DNA of 64,000 nucleotides from Pseudomonadota bacterium (GTDB lineage Bacteria; Pseudomonadota; Gammaproteobacteria; Pseudomonadales; UBA5518): NCBI GenBank assembly GCA_963204845.1, contig CAUJIL010000121.1, positions 1,251 to 65,250 of the forward strand, read 5' to 3'. Shown piece by piece: positions 62,535 to 64,000 of this stretch (position 1 is its first letter; each line of letters starts with the position of its first letter). The notes under the pieces were generated by a model. It saw only the letters and a program-made list of their open reading frames with translations, ran no database searches and was not told where the DNA came from. The position numbers and the translations under genes were made by a program.

Positions 62535-62734
62535 CGCTCTCCGCCCCGGGCGCTTGCCCTGTCCGCCACTGTCGCTGCACAAGCTAGTCCCTCGACCTTA
62601 ACGCCTGCTTAAGCGCCGGCTTGCCGTCGCCAACGTCTCCGGCATGGCACCGTGCCGCCACGCGGCGCGCTAAGGCCTGGTTAAGCAACGGCGTGCAACA
62701 TCCCCAGCCGTCGCAGGCGGACTCCGGAGGATCG

Positions 62735-63256
62735 ATGAACGAGTGGCAGAGCGTGTTCAGCAACAGCGAGCGCGAGGCGCAACGGCGCTGGGGCGACCCG
62801 GCGGTATGGGACGAGGCGCGCATCACGCGCCTGCTGTGGACCCGGATCCCGCCCGAGTTGCACGCGCGCCTCGAGGCGGCGCCGTTCTTTTTCCTCGCCA
62901 CCAGCGACCGCAGCGGGCGTTGCGACTGCTCGTTCAAGGGCGGCGGTCCCGGACTGGTGCGCATCATCGACGCCTCGACGCTGGCATTCCCCGATTTCGA
63001 CGGCAACCACGCGTTCATGAGCCTCGGCAACATCCTCGATAACCCGCACGTTGGGCTGCTGTTCATCGACTTCGCCGACGGCGGACGGCTGCGCGTGAAC
63101 GGGCATGCCACCATCCACGACGACGACGCCCACCGGCAGTGGTTTGCGCAGGCACGGCGGGTGGTGCGGGTGCAGGTCGAGCAGGTGGTGCCGAACTGCG
63201 CCGCGCACGTGCCGCGGCTGGTCCCCGCCGCACCGGCGGCGGAGGCCGTCCCATGA
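62735..63256 (+). CDS. pyridoxamine 5'-phosphate oxidase (PNPOx)-fold FMN-binding family protein
   Basis: …APFFFLATSDRSGRCDCSFKGGGPGLVRIID..TLAFPDFDGN…LGNILDNPHVGLLFIDF… pattern. The ATG at 62735 has a GGAGG RBS. Confidence 0.7.
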   Translation: MNEWQSVFSNSEREAQRRWGDPAVWDEARITRLLWTRIPPELHARLEAAPFFFLATSDRSGRCDCSFKGGGPGLVRIIDASTLAFPDFDGNHAFMSLGNILDNPHVGLLFIDFADGGRLRVNGHATIHDDDAHRQWFAQARRVVRVQVEQVVPNCAAHVPRLVPAAPAAEAVP

Positions 63257-64000
63257 AGCCCTACCGCGTCACGGTCAACCTCGAACTGACCGCCAAATGC
63301 AATGCGCTGTGCGTGATGTGCCCGCGCGAGGCGATCGTCGCACCGCGCCCGATGCGCGTCGAGGTGCTGCGGCAGGTGGTCGAGCGGCTGGACCCGCGCG
63401 ACGTGTACCGCGTGGTCGTCGCCGGCTACGGCGAGCCGACCACGCATCCACGGTTCGCCGAATGCGTGGCGCAGCTGCGAGCTGCACCCGTGCGCATCGA
63501 CATGGTCAGCAACGGCCAGTTGCTCGACGAGGAACGGCTGGCCTTGCTCGACGGCGTGCTGCACACGCTGATCGTGTCGTTCTCGAGCGTGGACCCCGAG
63601 GTCTACCGCAGCGTGCACGTGAACCTCGACCAGCAGCGCGTGATGCACAACATCGTGCAGGCACAGGCCAGGCTGCGCCATACACGGCTGGCGATCAGCC
63701 TGACGCCGCTCGCCGCCTGCCTGCCGTCGCTGGAGCGCACGATCGCGTGGCTGCGCCAGCACGGCGTCACGCGACTGACGATGTCGCCCACGCTCTACGA
63801 TCGCGCCGGGGCGCTGCACGAGCACGACGATCCGGGGTCGCAGCTGCGCGAACTCATCGCCCGCCACGGGCTGCGCAGCCAGGAGTTCGATTTCGTGCCC
63901 TCGCTGCGCGACGTGTTCGGCCAGTGGCGCCGCAACCGCCACCGCTGCCTGCCGCGCAATGCCGCGCTGCCGATCGCCGCCGACGGCAGTTACCAGTACT
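63253..64000 (+). CDS. radical SAM enzyme, probably with a SPASM/twitch-type C-terminal extension (3' end outside window)
   Basis: Absent from the ORF track because no stop is reached. My own translation: MKPYRVTVNLELTAKCNALCVMCPRE… (CxxxCxxC), …VVVAGYGEPT…, …RIDMVSNGQLL…, and near the edge …HRCLPRNAALPIAADGSYQY. The ATG overlaps the PNPOx stop (ATGA), with GGAGG upstream. Confidence 0.8.
   Translation, partial: MKPYRVTVNLELTAKCNALCVMCPREAIVAPRPMRVEVLRQVVERLDPRDVYRVVVAGYGEPTTHPRFAECVAQLRAAPVRIDMVSNGQLLDEERLALLDGVLHTLIVSFSSVDPEVYRSVHVNLDQQRVMHNIVQAQARLRHTRLAISLTPLAACLPSLERTIAWLRQHGVTRLTMSPTLYDRAGALHEHDDPGSQLRELIARHGLRSQEFDFVPSLRDVFGQWRRNRHRCLPRNAALPIAADGSYQY

Noticed and set aside
62644-62673. 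A 9-codon ORF (MAPCRHAAR) upstream of the PNPOx/radical-SAM pair, as a possible RiPP precursor.
   Set aside because: There is no RBS, it is extremely short, and it lies within the putative promoter/operator region. The evidence is insufficient.
62584-63942. A 452-aa minus-strand ORF covering the right end of the window.
   Set aside because: It is antisense to the PNPOx-fold gene and the radical SAM gene, both of which have RBSs and clear family motifs on the plus strand.
1-64000. A search by eye of intergenic regions for tRNA, rRNA, tmRNA and riboswitch-like structures.
   Set aside because: No cloverleaf-compatible or rRNA-like segments were recognised, and the intergenic regions are short. 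A covariance-model scan (tRNAscan-SE or Rfam) would be needed to exclude small RNAs.

Overview
High-GC bacterial chromosome segment. Spot counts of single 60-nt lines give about 77% G+C in core genes. No rRNA, tRNA, CRISPR array, integrase or transposase was seen.

Backbone: roughly 60% of the window is a housekeeping backbone whose gene order matches, from memory, the Pseudomonas-type gammaproteobacterial arrangement:
- RND pump (3' part), CaCA antiporter, nitroreductase, enoyl-CoA hydratase, acyl-CoA synthetase, globin
- der-bamB-yfgM-hisS-ispG-rodZ-pilW-rlmN-ndk
- iscS-iscR, trmJ / suhB, secF-secD
- purL / mltF / tadA
- guaA-guaB, msrA

Accessory region 1 (about 29.6-43.5 kb): a lower-GC insertion between an O-methyltransferase gene and guaA, at about 50-63% G+C by the same spot counts. 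It carries a one-strand array of DUF3237, an HCHL-like hydratase/lyase, a CoA ligase, a small membrane protein, a TonB-dependent receptor, an aldehyde dehydrogenase, UbiD, UbiX and a PNPOx-like protein. A divergent acyl-CoA dehydrogenase/thioesterase pair and an AraC regulator complete it.

Accessory region 2 (about 53.1-64.0 kb): a tightly packed minus-strand gene train.
- An orphan five-gene operon: thermostable-hemolysin-family protein, acyl-AMP ligase, heme-oxygenase-like diiron protein, SDR and a secreted TPR protein.
- An OmpR/QseC-type two-component system.
- A cupredoxin, an FTR1-type permease, an outer-membrane barrel and a patatin.
- Facing this train is a divergent PNPOx-like gene, translationally coupled to a radical-SAM/SPASM-like gene. 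That gene runs off the right edge and is absent from the supplied ORF track.

Many long ORFs in the track are antisense or alternate-frame artefacts of the high GC content; the largest is 2119 aa at 20234..26593. The track also uses TTG/GTG starts, so many starts were re-set here to internal ATG codons checked against the sequence. All family assignments rest on motif recognition by eye and memory. No database search was run.
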